This document shows positions 47,055 to 56,741 of a DNA stretch of 64,000 nt, piece by piece. How positions within the stretch are numbered: the stretch's first letter is position 1; each line of letters opens with the position of its first letter. Location: positions 6,473 through 70,472 of the forward strand of contig CAVQMQ010000008.1 in NCBI GenBank assembly GCA_963713645.1. The letters are read 5' to 3'. The stretch comes from an uncultured Acidobacteriaceae bacterium (GTDB taxonomy: Bacteria > Acidobacteriota > Terriglobia > Terriglobales > Acidobacteriaceae). The notes beneath the pieces are model-generated. The model did no database searches. It was not told the origin of the DNA and worked only from the letters and a program-made list of their open reading frames with translations. The translations under genes and the position numbers were made by a program.

Positions 47055-48169
47055 TCGAATCGCAGCGCCTCCACCGCTCGGACGCGCATGGCATAGGCTG
47101 CAGGGTAGAGTGCTCCGGCGATGCCGGTGAGCAGCGCCAGCAAGATCACGATCAGCATGACCACTGGTTGAATCGACACATCTACATAGCCGTGAAGAGC
47201 CGGAATCAGCTTGAGCGTGAAGAGCAGACAGGTTCCTGTCACAAGGCCTAACACTGCGCCCAGCAAAGACACGACTGCGGACTCACCGAAGATCATGGTG
47301 GCGATCTGCGCGTTCGAGAAGCCATTGACGCGCAGGATGGCGATCTCGCGAATACGCGTGAAGACCGACATGATCATCGTGTTGGCGACGCCGAGGCCGC
47401 CCAGAACCAAGCCGCATCCGCCGACTGCCCAGGCCGTGGCCTTGAGGATTCTGAATTGCGAATAGGAACGGCTGAACTCCGCGTCTTGGAGGCCGATGAG
47501 GTCGGAGAACTTCGCTGTCACCATCGCCTTGAAAGCATCCGCGTTGTCTTTGTTGCGCAGCTTGACGGTGATGACAGAGGAGGTTCCCTCTTTGTGAAAG
47601 AAGCTCTGCGCTGAACTGAGCGGCATGAAGACGCCGCCATCTTCAAAGCCATTTGCGGTGTGCAGAATCCCGATGACATGAAAGACGCCGTGGCCAATGG
47701 GCACGTGATCATCGAGCTTTGTCGAGAGGAAACCTGCGGCGCGTTCTCCGAGGACAACATCGTCTGCGTGCTGTCCGAACCGGAGCCGATCACCGGCGGT
47801 CCAAGTGGCTTTGCGAATGCGCGCATCGGCAGCGGTGACGCCAAAGCAGGTGATGATGGGATGACCGGCGCTGGAGACGATGCCGAAGAGAACCGGATCA
47901 GCATGAGCGACCATTGGCCATGAGGCGATCTGCTCGACCGCCGCAGCGGGGACATTGCTGAAAAAAAGATCAGAGACATTGCGCTCGAAGACAATGATCT
48001 GGCTATCGCTCGATAGGATTCCGGAGAACATGCCGATAGCGCCTTGCAGGATGGTGACCACCGTTAGCATGGCCGCGACACTGAAGGCGATGCCCGCAAT
48101 GCTGATAAAAGACCGGATGCGATGGCGGCGCAGATTCGTCACAATCAACTTGAGAAAGATCACGAACAC
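47051..48169 (-). CDS. ABC transporter permease (LolE/FtsX/MacB type)
   Basis: RSFISIAGIAFSVAAM, periplasmic domain, NTMIMSVFTRIREIAILR, LYPAAYA...VEALRFE. Confidence 0.9.
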   Translation of the reverse strand: MFVIFLKLIVTNLRRHRIRSFISIAGIAFSVAAMLTVVTILQGAIGMFSGILSSDSQIIVFERNVSDLFFSNVPAAAVEQIASWPMVAHADPVLFGIVSSAGHPIITCFGVTAADARIRKATWTAGDRLRFGQHADDVVLGERAAGFLSTKLDDHVPIGHGVFHVIGILHTANGFEDGGVFMPLSSAQSFFHKEGTSSVITVKLRNKDNADAFKAMVTAKFSDLIGLQDAEFSRSYSQFRILKATAWAVGGCGLVLGGLGVANTMIMSVFTRIREIAILRVNGFSNAQIATMIFGESAVVSLLGAVLGLVTGTCLLFTLKLIPALHGYVDVSIQPVVMLIVILLALLTGIAGALYPAAYAMRVRAVEALRFE

Positions 48170-49092
48170 TCTCCAACGGGAATTGCAGAGAAGTGCCCGG
48201 TGACCCGGACAAGCTCCTCTTCCAGTTCGCTGCGCAGTTTTTCAAGAAACGTCAGGTGGGGCCTGGTTTTCAGAATCCGGAAAAGCGTTCTGTCGCCGAT
48301 GCGAATGAAGCGCGTGAGACGTTGGATCGCATCGGGAATTCCCATTGCCGATGCGGCGTTGGGACGGTCGAGCAGCAGGTCGCGGGCTACTGTTTTCCCT
48401 GCTTGAGCCGCGTTGCCGAGCACATCCTTGAGGTCATCGACCATTTGGTAGCTGAGGCCCCAGCAGTGTGCAATCCGCTCGAGCATTTGCAACTCGCGCG
48501 CAGATGCGCCGCCGATCAGAGCAGGGAGGACCAGCGTAAGACGGATCAATGAAACCGTTTTGCCGCGCGCGATGGTTTCTGTCGTCTGGCGATTGTGAGG
48601 CAGGGTTGCGTAGTGGAGGTCGAGGCTCTGTCCGTTGAGCAGTCCTTCGACGCCGAGACGCTGTTCGATATATTCAAGGGCGCGTGATTGGATCTGCGGT
48701 GAAGCGCCGGAGACCGCGCGCCAGCTCATTGCGTAGGCGCGATTGACGAGCGCAAGGGCTGCAAGAATTGCGCCGGCCTCGCCGTAGGCAAGATGCACGC
48801 ATGGGACTCCGCGGCGCTCGGTTGCATTGTCCATGCAGGGCAGATCATCGAAGAGAAGCGATGCAGTATGAAAATATTCGAGTGCGATGGCAAGGTCTTT
48901 GGCGGAGTCATGCTGGAGTCCGTATGCGGTTGCCATTTGATAGATCATACGCGGGCGGATCAGGCTTCCCGGGTTGTCCAGCACATGACGCAGGGCCTCT
49001 TCCAGATGCGGATCGAGTGCTGCCGGTAGCGGCAGACCCGCACTGAATGCTTGCGAAAATGGCTTTGAACTCACTGTGTTATTCAATTGCAT
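48160..49092 (-). CDS. polyprenyl (trans-isoprenyl) diphosphate synthase
   Basis: FARM FDDLPCMD...RRG, GQSLD, KT, SARM YQMVDDLKD. Confidence 0.9.
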   Translation of the reverse strand: MQLNNTVSSKPFSQAFSAGLPLPAALDPHLEEALRHVLDNPGSLIRPRMIYQMATAYGLQHDSAKDLAIALEYFHTASLLFDDLPCMDNATERRGVPCVHLAYGEAGAILAALALVNRAYAMSWRAVSGASPQIQSRALEYIEQRLGVEGLLNGQSLDLHYATLPHNRQTTETIARGKTVSLIRLTLVLPALIGGASARELQMLERIAHCWGLSYQMVDDLKDVLGNAAQAGKTVARDLLLDRPNAASAMGIPDAIQRLTRFIRIGDRTLFRILKTRPHLTFLEKLRSELEEELVRVTGHFSAIPVGECS

Positions 49093-49427
49093 TGCCGACC
49101 CTCCGGTTCCTACGATGAACTTCACGTGGGCTTCCTGCAACTTTCAAAATAGTTCAGATACCGCGGCTCGCGATGAGGAGCCTGTTTCTAGTCTTCAGAG
49201 TTGAGACGAAAAAGTACAGCCCCGGGGAGCAGTTTTCGCATATCATTCAATGACGATTTGTTCATCTGCGAGATGGGCTCCCATAATTTGGGCCAAGAGA
49301 CAATTTGCCGACAAGAGTATGACAATCCCGTCATTTCGATGCGATCGGGGTGACTGAATGCGATTTGGTTGACTCTGTTGCGATGAGATGAAATCCAGGA
49401 CAGGAGCCAATGCACTAATATCCATTC

Positions 49428-50105
49428 ATGCGGCTCTTGCTGGTCGAGGACGAGATCGATATACAAAGCTTCCTGCGCGCCTCGCTGACGGAGGCGGGAT
49501 ACCTGGTGGAAGTAGCGGCGGATGGGCGAAGCGCTGAACACCTGGCTACGAAAGGGCAATTCGACATACTCATTGTCGATCTCGGCCTCCCTGACCAGGA
49601 TGGTATCAGCCTGATTCTTCGCTTGCGCCAGCTTGGAGTCCACGCGCCAGTACTGATTCTGTCCGCGCGCCGCAGCGTGGATGACAGAGTGCGCGGCCTG
49701 GAGCAGGGCGGTGACGATTACCTGACCAAGCCCTTTGCACTTGCCGAGTTGCTGGCCCGCTTGCGCAATCTGCTCAAGCGCAACAGCCCATCCGCGCAGG
49801 AGGCAACCAAGCTGCGTGTATTGGATCTCGAACTCGATCTTCTGCGCCGCGAGGCGACGCGGTCAGGGCAACTGTTACAGCTTACACAGCAGGAGTTTGT
49901 GCTTCTGGAATATCTCTGCCGCAATACGGGCCGCGTGGTTACTCGCTCCATGATTCTTGAACAGGTGTGGGGGATGCGCATCCAGCCGGACACAAATGTC
50001 GTGGATGTGCATATCTATCGCTTGCGCGGCAAGGTGGATGGCGAGGGGCAGCGGCCGCTGATCCGTACGCTGCGCGGAGTGGGCTATGTCCTCAAAGACG
50101 GCTAA
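49428..50105 (+). CDS. OmpR-family response regulator (CusR-like)
   Basis: LLVEDE, DLGLPD, DDYLTKPF, NVVDVHIYRLRGK, IRTLRGVGY. Confidence 0.93.
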   Translation: MRLLLVEDEIDIQSFLRASLTEAGYLVEVAADGRSAEHLATKGQFDILIVDLGLPDQDGISLILRLRQLGVHAPVLILSARRSVDDRVRGLEQGGDDYLTKPFALAELLARLRNLLKRNSPSAQEATKLRVLDLELDLLRREATRSGQLLQLTQQEFVLLEYLCRNTGRVVTRSMILEQVWGMRIQPDTNVVDVHIYRLRGKVDGEGQRPLIRTLRGVGYVLKDG

Positions 50106-51513
50106 GCCGGTAGTGCGCAGCGCCGCGTGGCGTATCTCGTTGTGGGCCACGCTGGCTTTTGCCTGCGCAACCATGTTGGTTTTCATTTTGCTGCACCGCT
50201 TCGTCGCCAACGATATTCAGCGCCGCAGCGATGCCTGGCTTTCGGGAGAAGTTGAAGTTCTGGGCGATGTAGCCGAGCGCACACCGAAGGACGCTCTGTA
50301 TGGAAGGGTTGTCGGGGAAGTGGCCGAACTCGCCGGCAAGGAAGTTCCCAACAAGGAGCCGGGAAGTGGCAATGCCAATGACTCGGTGTTCTTTCTCCAG
50401 ATTGGCGGCGATGGCTCGCGAAAGTTGTGGGTTGGAGCCGGTGACGGACTGAACAACCTCAAGGCAATTCAGGCGGCGCATGTTCTACCGGAGCGTCCAA
50501 CGGATCTTGCGGTGAGCGGGTTTTCCATTCCGTTTCGAGTGGCGTCAATCCAAATGGACGACGGAAGCCTGATCTATCTTGGACTCTCTGAGCGGGACGA
50601 GTTGAGGGTACTGAGGAATCTTCGTCTTCGCTTTCTGTTTTGGTGGCTGTTGATTGTTTTCTTCGGATTCGGAATTGTCTTTTTCACCACGCGCCGCATG
50701 TTGGGTCATGTTCGCAGAATTACTGAAGCGGCTTCGGGTATCGGCCATTCTGACCTTACAGCCAGGGTGCCGACTACAGCGCGCAGAGATGAAGTAGCGC
50801 AGCTTGCGCTGACTCTCAATCACATGCTGGACCGGATTGAGAGCTCGATGCATCAGTTGCATACGATTACCGACGCACTGGCACACGATCTACGCAGCCC
50901 CTTGACGGCAATCCGCGGAAAGCTGGAGATGTCATTGTCGGCAGCCTCCGAGCGCAGCTCATCCGAGCAGATTGCCTCAGCCATCGAAGAGCTGGACAGG
51001 CTTGCCGACTTTCTGAACAAATCATTGGATGTTGCCGAGGCCAAGGCCGATGCGCTACGACTGAACCGGAGCAAAGTGGATCTGGATGAGCTGCTCAGAG
51101 TGATGAGCGACCTTTACGGGCCATCCATGTCAGAAAAGGGCGTAGAGGTAAGGATCGAGAGCACTGGCCCGTTGTTCGTCGAGGCTGACGCGGCGCTGGT
51201 TCACCGCATGATTGCAAATCTCTTCGACAACGAACTAAAGCACCTGATAGCTGCCGGGACGGTCACAATCCGCTTAAGCACTCAGGAGGGTTTTGCGTGT
51301 TTAGCGCTCACCGACGATGGCCGAGGCTTTGAGCCTAAGGTGCTTGCGCATCTGTTTGAACGGCGCATCAAGGGGCGAGAGTCGAGTGGTCATGGACTGG
51401 GCCTGGCCTTCGTGGATGCAGTTGTGCACGCTCACGGGGGCAGTGTCTCGGCGTGCAATCGCGCCCAGGGCGGTGCGCAAATTGAGGTCAGATTGCCGGC
51501 CATCTCTGCATAA
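50086..51513 (+). CDS. HAMP sensor histidine kinase (CusS-like)
   Basis: Two TMs, HAMP, LAHDLRSPL, NLFDN, DDGRG, GHGLGLA. Confidence 0.92.
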   Translation: MSSKTAKPVVRSAAWRISLWATLAFACATMLVFILLHRFVANDIQRRSDAWLSGEVEVLGDVAERTPKDALYGRVVGEVAELAGKEVPNKEPGSGNANDSVFFLQIGGDGSRKLWVGAGDGLNNLKAIQAAHVLPERPTDLAVSGFSIPFRVASIQMDDGSLIYLGLSERDELRVLRNLRLRFLFWWLLIVFFGFGIVFFTTRRMLGHVRRITEAASGIGHSDLTARVPTTARRDEVAQLALTLNHMLDRIESSMHQLHTITDALAHDLRSPLTAIRGKLEMSLSAASERSSSEQIASAIEELDRLADFLNKSLDVAEAKADALRLNRSKVDLDELLRVMSDLYGPSMSEKGVEVRIESTGPLFVEADAALVHRMIANLFDNELKHLIAAGTVTIRLSTQEGFACLALTDDGRGFEPKVLAHLFERRIKGRESSGHGLGLAFVDAVVHAHGGSVSACNRAQGGAQIEVRLPAISA

Positions 51514-51612
51514 GCGGTTGCTTTTCACGGTCCTGCGATGATGACGAAAACTTCATGTGCCTGGCCGTATTGCCACATGGGTAGCGGTCGATAAAGAAGC
51601 CAGAGGTGATTC

Positions 51613-51801
51613 ATGAGCCTGTCAATTCCTGGTTCCATTGCTCCTGTAACGAGTCAGCCTGATATTCACAAGGCGGCTCCAGCTCCTGTCCCAACCCAAG
51701 CAGTTTCAACCACCGCACAAACAGACACTGTGACCCTGAGTCCTGCAGCATTGAAGGCATCGCAAGGCGGCGACGTCAATCATGACGGCGACTCGCACTG
51801 A
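51613..51801 (+). CDS. small protein (62 aa) with a His/Asp-rich tail
   Basis: GAGGTG RBS; DTVTLSPAA motif and terminal GGDVNHDGDSH. Confidence 0.6.
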   Translation: MSLSIPGSIAPVTSQPDIHKAAPAPVPTQAVSTTAQTDTVTLSPAALKASQGGDVNHDGDSH

Positions 51802-51845
51802 TACAGCATGAAAAGCCCTGCCGTTGACTGATGGGAATAAGCAGG

Positions 51846-51890
51846 AAGAGCCTTGAAAGCCGCTGGCATGGGGAATTGTTCAAGGCTCTT
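51846..51890. terminator. 12-bp hairpin between convergent genes
   Basis: AAGAGCCTTGAA-N21-TTCAAGGCTCTT. Confidence 0.5.
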
Positions 51891-51916
51891 GCTGTGCCGC
51901 AATAGTTCTATCGCAG

Positions 51917-53116
51917 CTATTTAGCAACCGGATCGTCGTTGTGCTGCCGAGCCAGTATCTGCTGCGCGATCATTCGTTCGCGCTTGCCGTCCTGGGGACG
52001 ATCAAGCTGGAAATAGGCGTTGGCCAGTTCCCAGTGCGCATCAAAGTAGTTGGGTTCAGCCTTTACTAACTCTTCCAGCGTCGCCACGGCCTCGGTATAT
52101 CTTCCGGTGGCGTCGTCCAGCTTCGCTAGTTCAAGGCGGGCCAGCGGAACGGTGGGCCGCAGCGACAGAGCGAGTTCAAGCAGCGGCCTCGCGCTCTCAT
52201 AATTTTTCTCTTTGAGCCGGATCGCGCCGAGGCCGATATTGGCGTCGAAGTCGCGAGGGTCGGCGCGCAATGCTTTCTGGTAAGAGAGGGCTGCACCGCT
52301 CATATTCCCCAGTGCATAGTCGGCTTGCCCGATCATCGTAGCAAGTCCGGGAATTGTGGAGTCCAAGCGCATTGCGGCTTCCAGATCGGGGAGGGCGGAG
52401 TCCATTTCTAACCGTTGCAGACGTGTGGAGCCGGCAATTACGTAGGCATCGGCCCTGTGGGTGGCCTGCGCCACCTTCTCCATGAGCGGAACGCCGTCCT
52501 GTCCCTTGCCGGATTGGATCAGACTGTAGGCGAAGAGATATTCCAGGTCCATATTGTCTTTGTTGGCCGGCTCAAGCGGACTCAGCAGATCAACCGCCTC
52601 GGCTTCCCGTCCCAGCTTGATGTAGACGTATCCGAGCATTACGGCGAGATGCACATCGCGGGGCGAGGCCAGGTGCATGGTCTCGAACTGCTGCCGGGCG
52701 TGGGCCAGATCGCCTTTGTTGTAATAGGCCATGCCGAGGTTTGTGCGCACGCCAGCATTGTCCGGGGCGGCTGCCAGTACGCGCATGTCTTCGTCAATGG
52801 CGGCGTCGAATTGGCCGGTGGCGGCCAGGGCTGCGCCGAGTCCGGCGTGGGCCTCTATCATGCCGGGCTGGATCGCCAATGCCTTTTGAAAATCGTCGAT
52901 CGCGGATCGATTGTCGCCACGCTGCTGCGCGGTAACACCGGCACGCAGAAGCGCATCGGCTGAAGCGGGAGTAGGTTGATGAGCGGTTTGCCCGGCAACC
53001 GCGTGTGCGCAGATGGTCAGCAGCAAGAATGCAGATGGAATCCAGTGCGTCGATCGCGAAAACCGGATTGAAGCTGCCAATTGCTGACCTCCAGGGTCCG
53101 TTCTTTGCGCTCTCAA
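51917..53116 (-). CDS. secreted TPR protein
   Basis: Signal-like AFLLLTICAHAVAG and multiple TPRs (AHAGLG, VRTNLGMAYY, ANIGLG); start uncertain. Confidence 0.85.
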   Translation of the reverse strand: MRAQRTDPGGQQLAASIRFSRSTHWIPSAFLLLTICAHAVAGQTAHQPTPASADALLRAGVTAQQRGDNRSAIDDFQKALAIQPGMIEAHAGLGAALAATGQFDAAIDEDMRVLAAAPDNAGVRTNLGMAYYNKGDLAHARQQFETMHLASPRDVHLAVMLGYVYIKLGREAEAVDLLSPLEPANKDNMDLEYLFAYSLIQSGKGQDGVPLMEKVAQATHRADAYVIAGSTRLQRLEMDSALPDLEAAMRLDSTIPGLATMIGQADYALGNMSGAALSYQKALRADPRDFDANIGLGAIRLKEKNYESARPLLELALSLRPTVPLARLELAKLDDATGRYTEAVATLEELVKAEPNYFDAHWELANAYFQLDRPQDGKRERMIAQQILARQHNDDPVAK

Positions 53117-53531
53117 AAAGAACCGCAGCTCTCATTGCAAACGCTTTTCAGCGGTTGAATGAGATTCAGGAAGTTGTTGAAATAGCAGCTAGCAGCCGCG
53201 AATTTCACACGCAAGGGCTAAAGCCCTTATTGGTTTTGCGGCATCTACGGAATGACTGAAGTCATTCCCTGATACAAAACCGGGGTTGTTCAACAAGCTC
53301 CTGGAAGCGGTCTCGCCAACCTTTAATACTAGCGGACTGATTTTCACTCTGTCACGATCAGTGGCGCGGATGATCAAGCGGCTATACCAGAAGTCAATGC
53401 GAAGTTCGCTTTCGATTATGTTAACTTGTCGTTACACCAGATTTTTTGACGAGTTGATTGGCCACGACGCAATTGGGTGTCGAAGGACGGTGAACCCCAA
53501 AAATTCCAGGCGTGGGCCATTATGAGGGTGG

Positions 53532-56500
53532 ATGGGAATACAAGTTGCGCTGAGCCACCGGACGCATTACCGGTACAAGAAGGCGATCTCGCTGGGACCG
53601 CAGGTAATACAGTTGCGTCCGGCGCTTCACTGCCGCACGCCGATTCTCAGCTATTCGCTTGAGGTTACTCCCGCCAATCATCATCTCTACTGGCAACTGG
53701 ACCCGCATCACAACCGCCGCGCGCGCGTGCTCTTTCCGGAGAAGACCAGCGAATTTGCGGTGGATGTGAACCTGGTGGCGGATATATCGCCGTCGAACCC
53801 TTTCGATTTTCTGCTTGAGCCGGGGTTTGAGGAATTTCCATTCAAGTACTCTGCCGAGACGGCCAGGGATTTGCAGGTTTACCTCTCTGTGGATACGCCG
53901 GGACCGCTGCTTCAGGCTTACCTGGAACAATTTCGAGGCATCCGGGACGGCTCGATCAATTTTCTTCTGCATGTGAACCGCAAGGTACAGGCCGATATTG
54001 GCTATGTGACACGGCTGGAGCCGGGAGTGCAGAGCTGCGAAGAGACGTTGCAGGCGCGCACCGGTTCTTGCCGCGACTCCTCGTGGCTGCTGGTGGAGAT
54101 GCTGCGGAATCTGGGCATTGCGGCGCGATTTGTTTCCGGCTACCTGATTCAACTGGCGAGCGCTGAGGAGAACGCGCCGAAAGCTGATTCGGCTGACCTT
54201 CATGCCTGGGCGGAGGCTTATCTGCCGGGTGCGGGCTGGATTGGGCTGGACCCGACCTCGGGTATGGCTGCCAGCGAGGGGCATATTCCACTGGTGTGCA
54301 TGCCGACCGCGGTGCAGGCCGCGCCGATTGAAGGCACTGTAGAGCTGGCAGACACCGCGTTCAGCTACAGCCTCACGGTGCGGCGTTTGAATGAAGCTGC
54401 GGAACCGGGAAGGCCATTTACCGAGGCTGCATGGCAGCGAGTGCGCGAACTGGCGCATGGGATTGACCGGGATCTGGCAGTGAACGATGTGCGCCTGACG
54501 ATGGGCGCTGAGCCGACGTTTGTCGGCGTTGAGACGCCGGAGAGTCCGCAATGGAATATTGACGCGCTGGGCGACGAGAAGCGAACGCAGGGAATGGCGT
54601 TGATTCGAGGGTTGCGCGAGCAGATGGCGCCGGGGGCGCTGCTTCACTTTGGGCAGGGCAAATGGTATCCGGGTGAACCGCTGCCGCGCTGGGCGCTGAG
54701 TTGCTATTGGCGCACGGACGGAGTGCCGGTGTGGAAAGATGTCCGGCTGATTGCAAATGAGGAGCAGGACGACAAATTCGGCGTGGCGGAGGCGCTGAAA
54801 TTTACCACCGCGCTGACGCGGCGTCTTCAAGTGAGCAGCGAAAACATTCTGCCGGCATTTGAGCCGGGAACAGACTCAACGGAACCTGCCGGGTACATTG
54901 TTCCCATTCGCCGCCGGCAGCCGGAAGGGCAGATCGGCTGGTCGAGCCAGTTGTGGTTCCCGCGCCCGGAACGGCTGGAGCTGCTGGCCGGGGATTCTCC
55001 AATCGGCTATCGCATCTCGACCGATTCGATTCCCTGGGTTGCGCCGGATGAGCTTGAATATGTTTACGAGGCCGCGCCGCTCGACGATCACGCCGTTCTG
55101 CCGCTGATCCGGCCTGTGCACATGGAGCTGTTTGCGGCTGAACCCAAGCCCGATCCATTGCCTGCCGTTGCGCGCGATGCAGAGACCGCGCCGGAGCTGA
55201 TTCGCCCCTCGCTGTGCGTTCAGGCTCGCGAAGGGCGGCTGCATGTCTTTTTGCCCTACGCGCCGGTGCTGGCGGATTATCTGGATTTGGTCGCGGCTGT
55301 CGAGGATACCGCGAAACATCTCAAGATGCCGGTCTGGGTTGAGGGATACGCGCCAGCCTCCGATCCGCGGCTGCGAAATTTCAGCGTGACGCCTGATCCC
55401 GGCGTGCTGGAGGTCAATTTGCCGCCAGCCAGCAGTTGGGATGAACTCGAAGAGATCAACCGGGTGCTGGACGAAGAGACGCGGCGCAACCGCCTGACGA
55501 CCGAGAAGCTCGCCTACGACGGCAGCGAGATGGCGACTGGCGGGGGCTGCCACATTGTGATTGGCGGAGCAACGCTGTTTGACAGCCCGATACTGCGCCG
55601 GCCCGACCTTTTGCGCAGCATGTTGATCTTCTGGCAGAACCACCCCGCGCTTTCGTACCTGTTTTCAGGCATGTACGTGGGGCCGACCAGCCAGTGTCCG
55701 CGCGTGGATGAGGCGCGGCTGGATGCGCTGTATGAGCTGGAGGTCGCGTTTCGGCATCTGCCCCAAGGCGATTGCCCGGCGTATGTTGTGGATGGATTGT
55801 TCCGCAACCTGCTTGCGGATGTAACGGGAAATACGCATCGGGCGGAGTTCTGCGTGGACAAGCTCTTTGCGCCGAAGGGCTTTGGCTTGCAGTTGGGACT
55901 GCTTGAGTTGCGTGCCTTTGAGATGGCGCCGCACGTTCGCATGACGCTGCTGCAGATGCTGCTGATTCGCGGCCTGGTCTGCATGTTCTGGAAGACGCCC
56001 TTCGATGGCAAACTGATTCGCTGGGGCACAGAGCTGCACGACCGGTTCATGCTGCCGGATGCGGCCAAGCGCGATCTCTTTGACGTGCTTGGGCAGTTGC
56101 GTCGTTCCAGCATTGATTTCGAAGAAGACTGGTTTGCCGCGCATCTGGAATTTCGTTTTCCGAAGATTGGAAGCATCTTTGTCGAAGGCGTCGAACTGGA
56201 ACTGCGCCACGCACTTGAGCCGTGGAATGTGCTTCCGGAGGAGACGGTTTCAGGAGGCACGGTGCGCAGTGTGGACTCATCGCTGGAGAGAATTCAGGTA
56301 AAGCTCACCGGGCAAACGCGCGAATCGCGTTATGTTGTTGCCTGCAATGGACGGCGTGTTCCGCTGCATCCCACGCCGGAAAACGGCGTCGAGGTCGCCG
56401 GAGTACGCTTTCGCGCGCGCAGGCTTTCCGAGACGCTGCATCCGACAATTCCTGTCCATGCGCCGCTGGTTTTTAACGTGATTGATCGCTTCAAGGGGCG

Positions 56501-56741
56501 CTCGATTGGCCAGTGTACTTATTTTGTTGCGCCTCCCGACGGCCGCATCTACCCAGGCCGCCCGGTGAGCGCTGGCGAGGCCAAAGAGCGGCGGCTGGAG
56601 CGCTTTCAAGCCAGCTTGGGCGCGCCGGTCCAAATGGAAACGCCCGAGGAAGAAACCAATTCGATCTTTCCTTCTACGCTTGACCTGCGTCTGCCGCCTG
56701 CCGGAAAATCAGGGGCAAGAACCCCGGGGACCGAGTCGTGA
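53532..56741 (+). CDS. transglutaminase domain fused to DUF2126-type putative amidoligase
   Basis: Triad GSCRDS / DLHAW / GLDPT; LTMGAEPTFV, VTPDPGVLEVN, GGGCHIVIGG, HPALSYLFSG, ELRAFEM. Confidence 0.9.
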   Translation: MGIQVALSHRTHYRYKKAISLGPQVIQLRPALHCRTPILSYSLEVTPANHHLYWQLDPHHNRRARVLFPEKTSEFAVDVNLVADISPSNPFDFLLEPGFEEFPFKYSAETARDLQVYLSVDTPGPLLQAYLEQFRGIRDGSINFLLHVNRKVQADIGYVTRLEPGVQSCEETLQARTGSCRDSSWLLVEMLRNLGIAARFVSGYLIQLASAEENAPKADSADLHAWAEAYLPGAGWIGLDPTSGMAASEGHIPLVCMPTAVQAAPIEGTVELADTAFSYSLTVRRLNEAAEPGRPFTEAAWQRVRELAHGIDRDLAVNDVRLTMGAEPTFVGVETPESPQWNIDALGDEKRTQGMALIRGLREQMAPGALLHFGQGKWYPGEPLPRWALSCYWRTDGVPVWKDVRLIANEEQDDKFGVAEALKFTTALTRRLQVSSENILPAFEPGTDSTEPAGYIVPIRRRQPEGQIGWSSQLWFPRPERLELLAGDSPIGYRISTDSIPWVAPDELEYVYEAAPLDDHAVLPLIRPVHMELFAAEPKPDPLPAVARDAETAPELIRPSLCVQAREGRLHVFLPYAPVLADYLDLVAAVEDTAKHLKMPVWVEGYAPASDPRLRNFSVTPDPGVLEVNLPPASSWDELEEINRVLDEETRRNRLTTEKLAYDGSEMATGGGCHIVIGGATLFDSPILRRPDLLRSMLIFWQNHPALSYLFSGMYVGPTSQCPRVDEARLDALYELEVAFRHLPQGDCPAYVVDGLFRNLLADVTGNTHRAEFCVDKLFAPKGFGLQLGLLELRAFEMAPHVRMTLLQMLLIRGLVCMFWKTPFDGKLIRWGTELHDRFMLPDAAKRDLFDVLGQLRRSSIDFEEDWFAAHLEFRFPKIGSIFVEGVELELRHALEPWNVLPEETVSGGTVRSVDSSLERIQVKLTGQTRESRYVVACNGRRVPLHPTPENGVEVAGVRFRARRLSETLHPTIPVHAPLVFNVIDRFKGRSIGQCTYFVAPPDGRIYPGRPVSAGEAKERRLERFQASLGAPVQMETPEEETNSIFPSTLDLRLPPAGKSGARTPGTES

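Noticed and set aside
49188-49643. 151-aa minus-strand ORF
   Set aside because: No motif, overlaps the response regulator antisense and covers the divergent promoter region; probably spurious.
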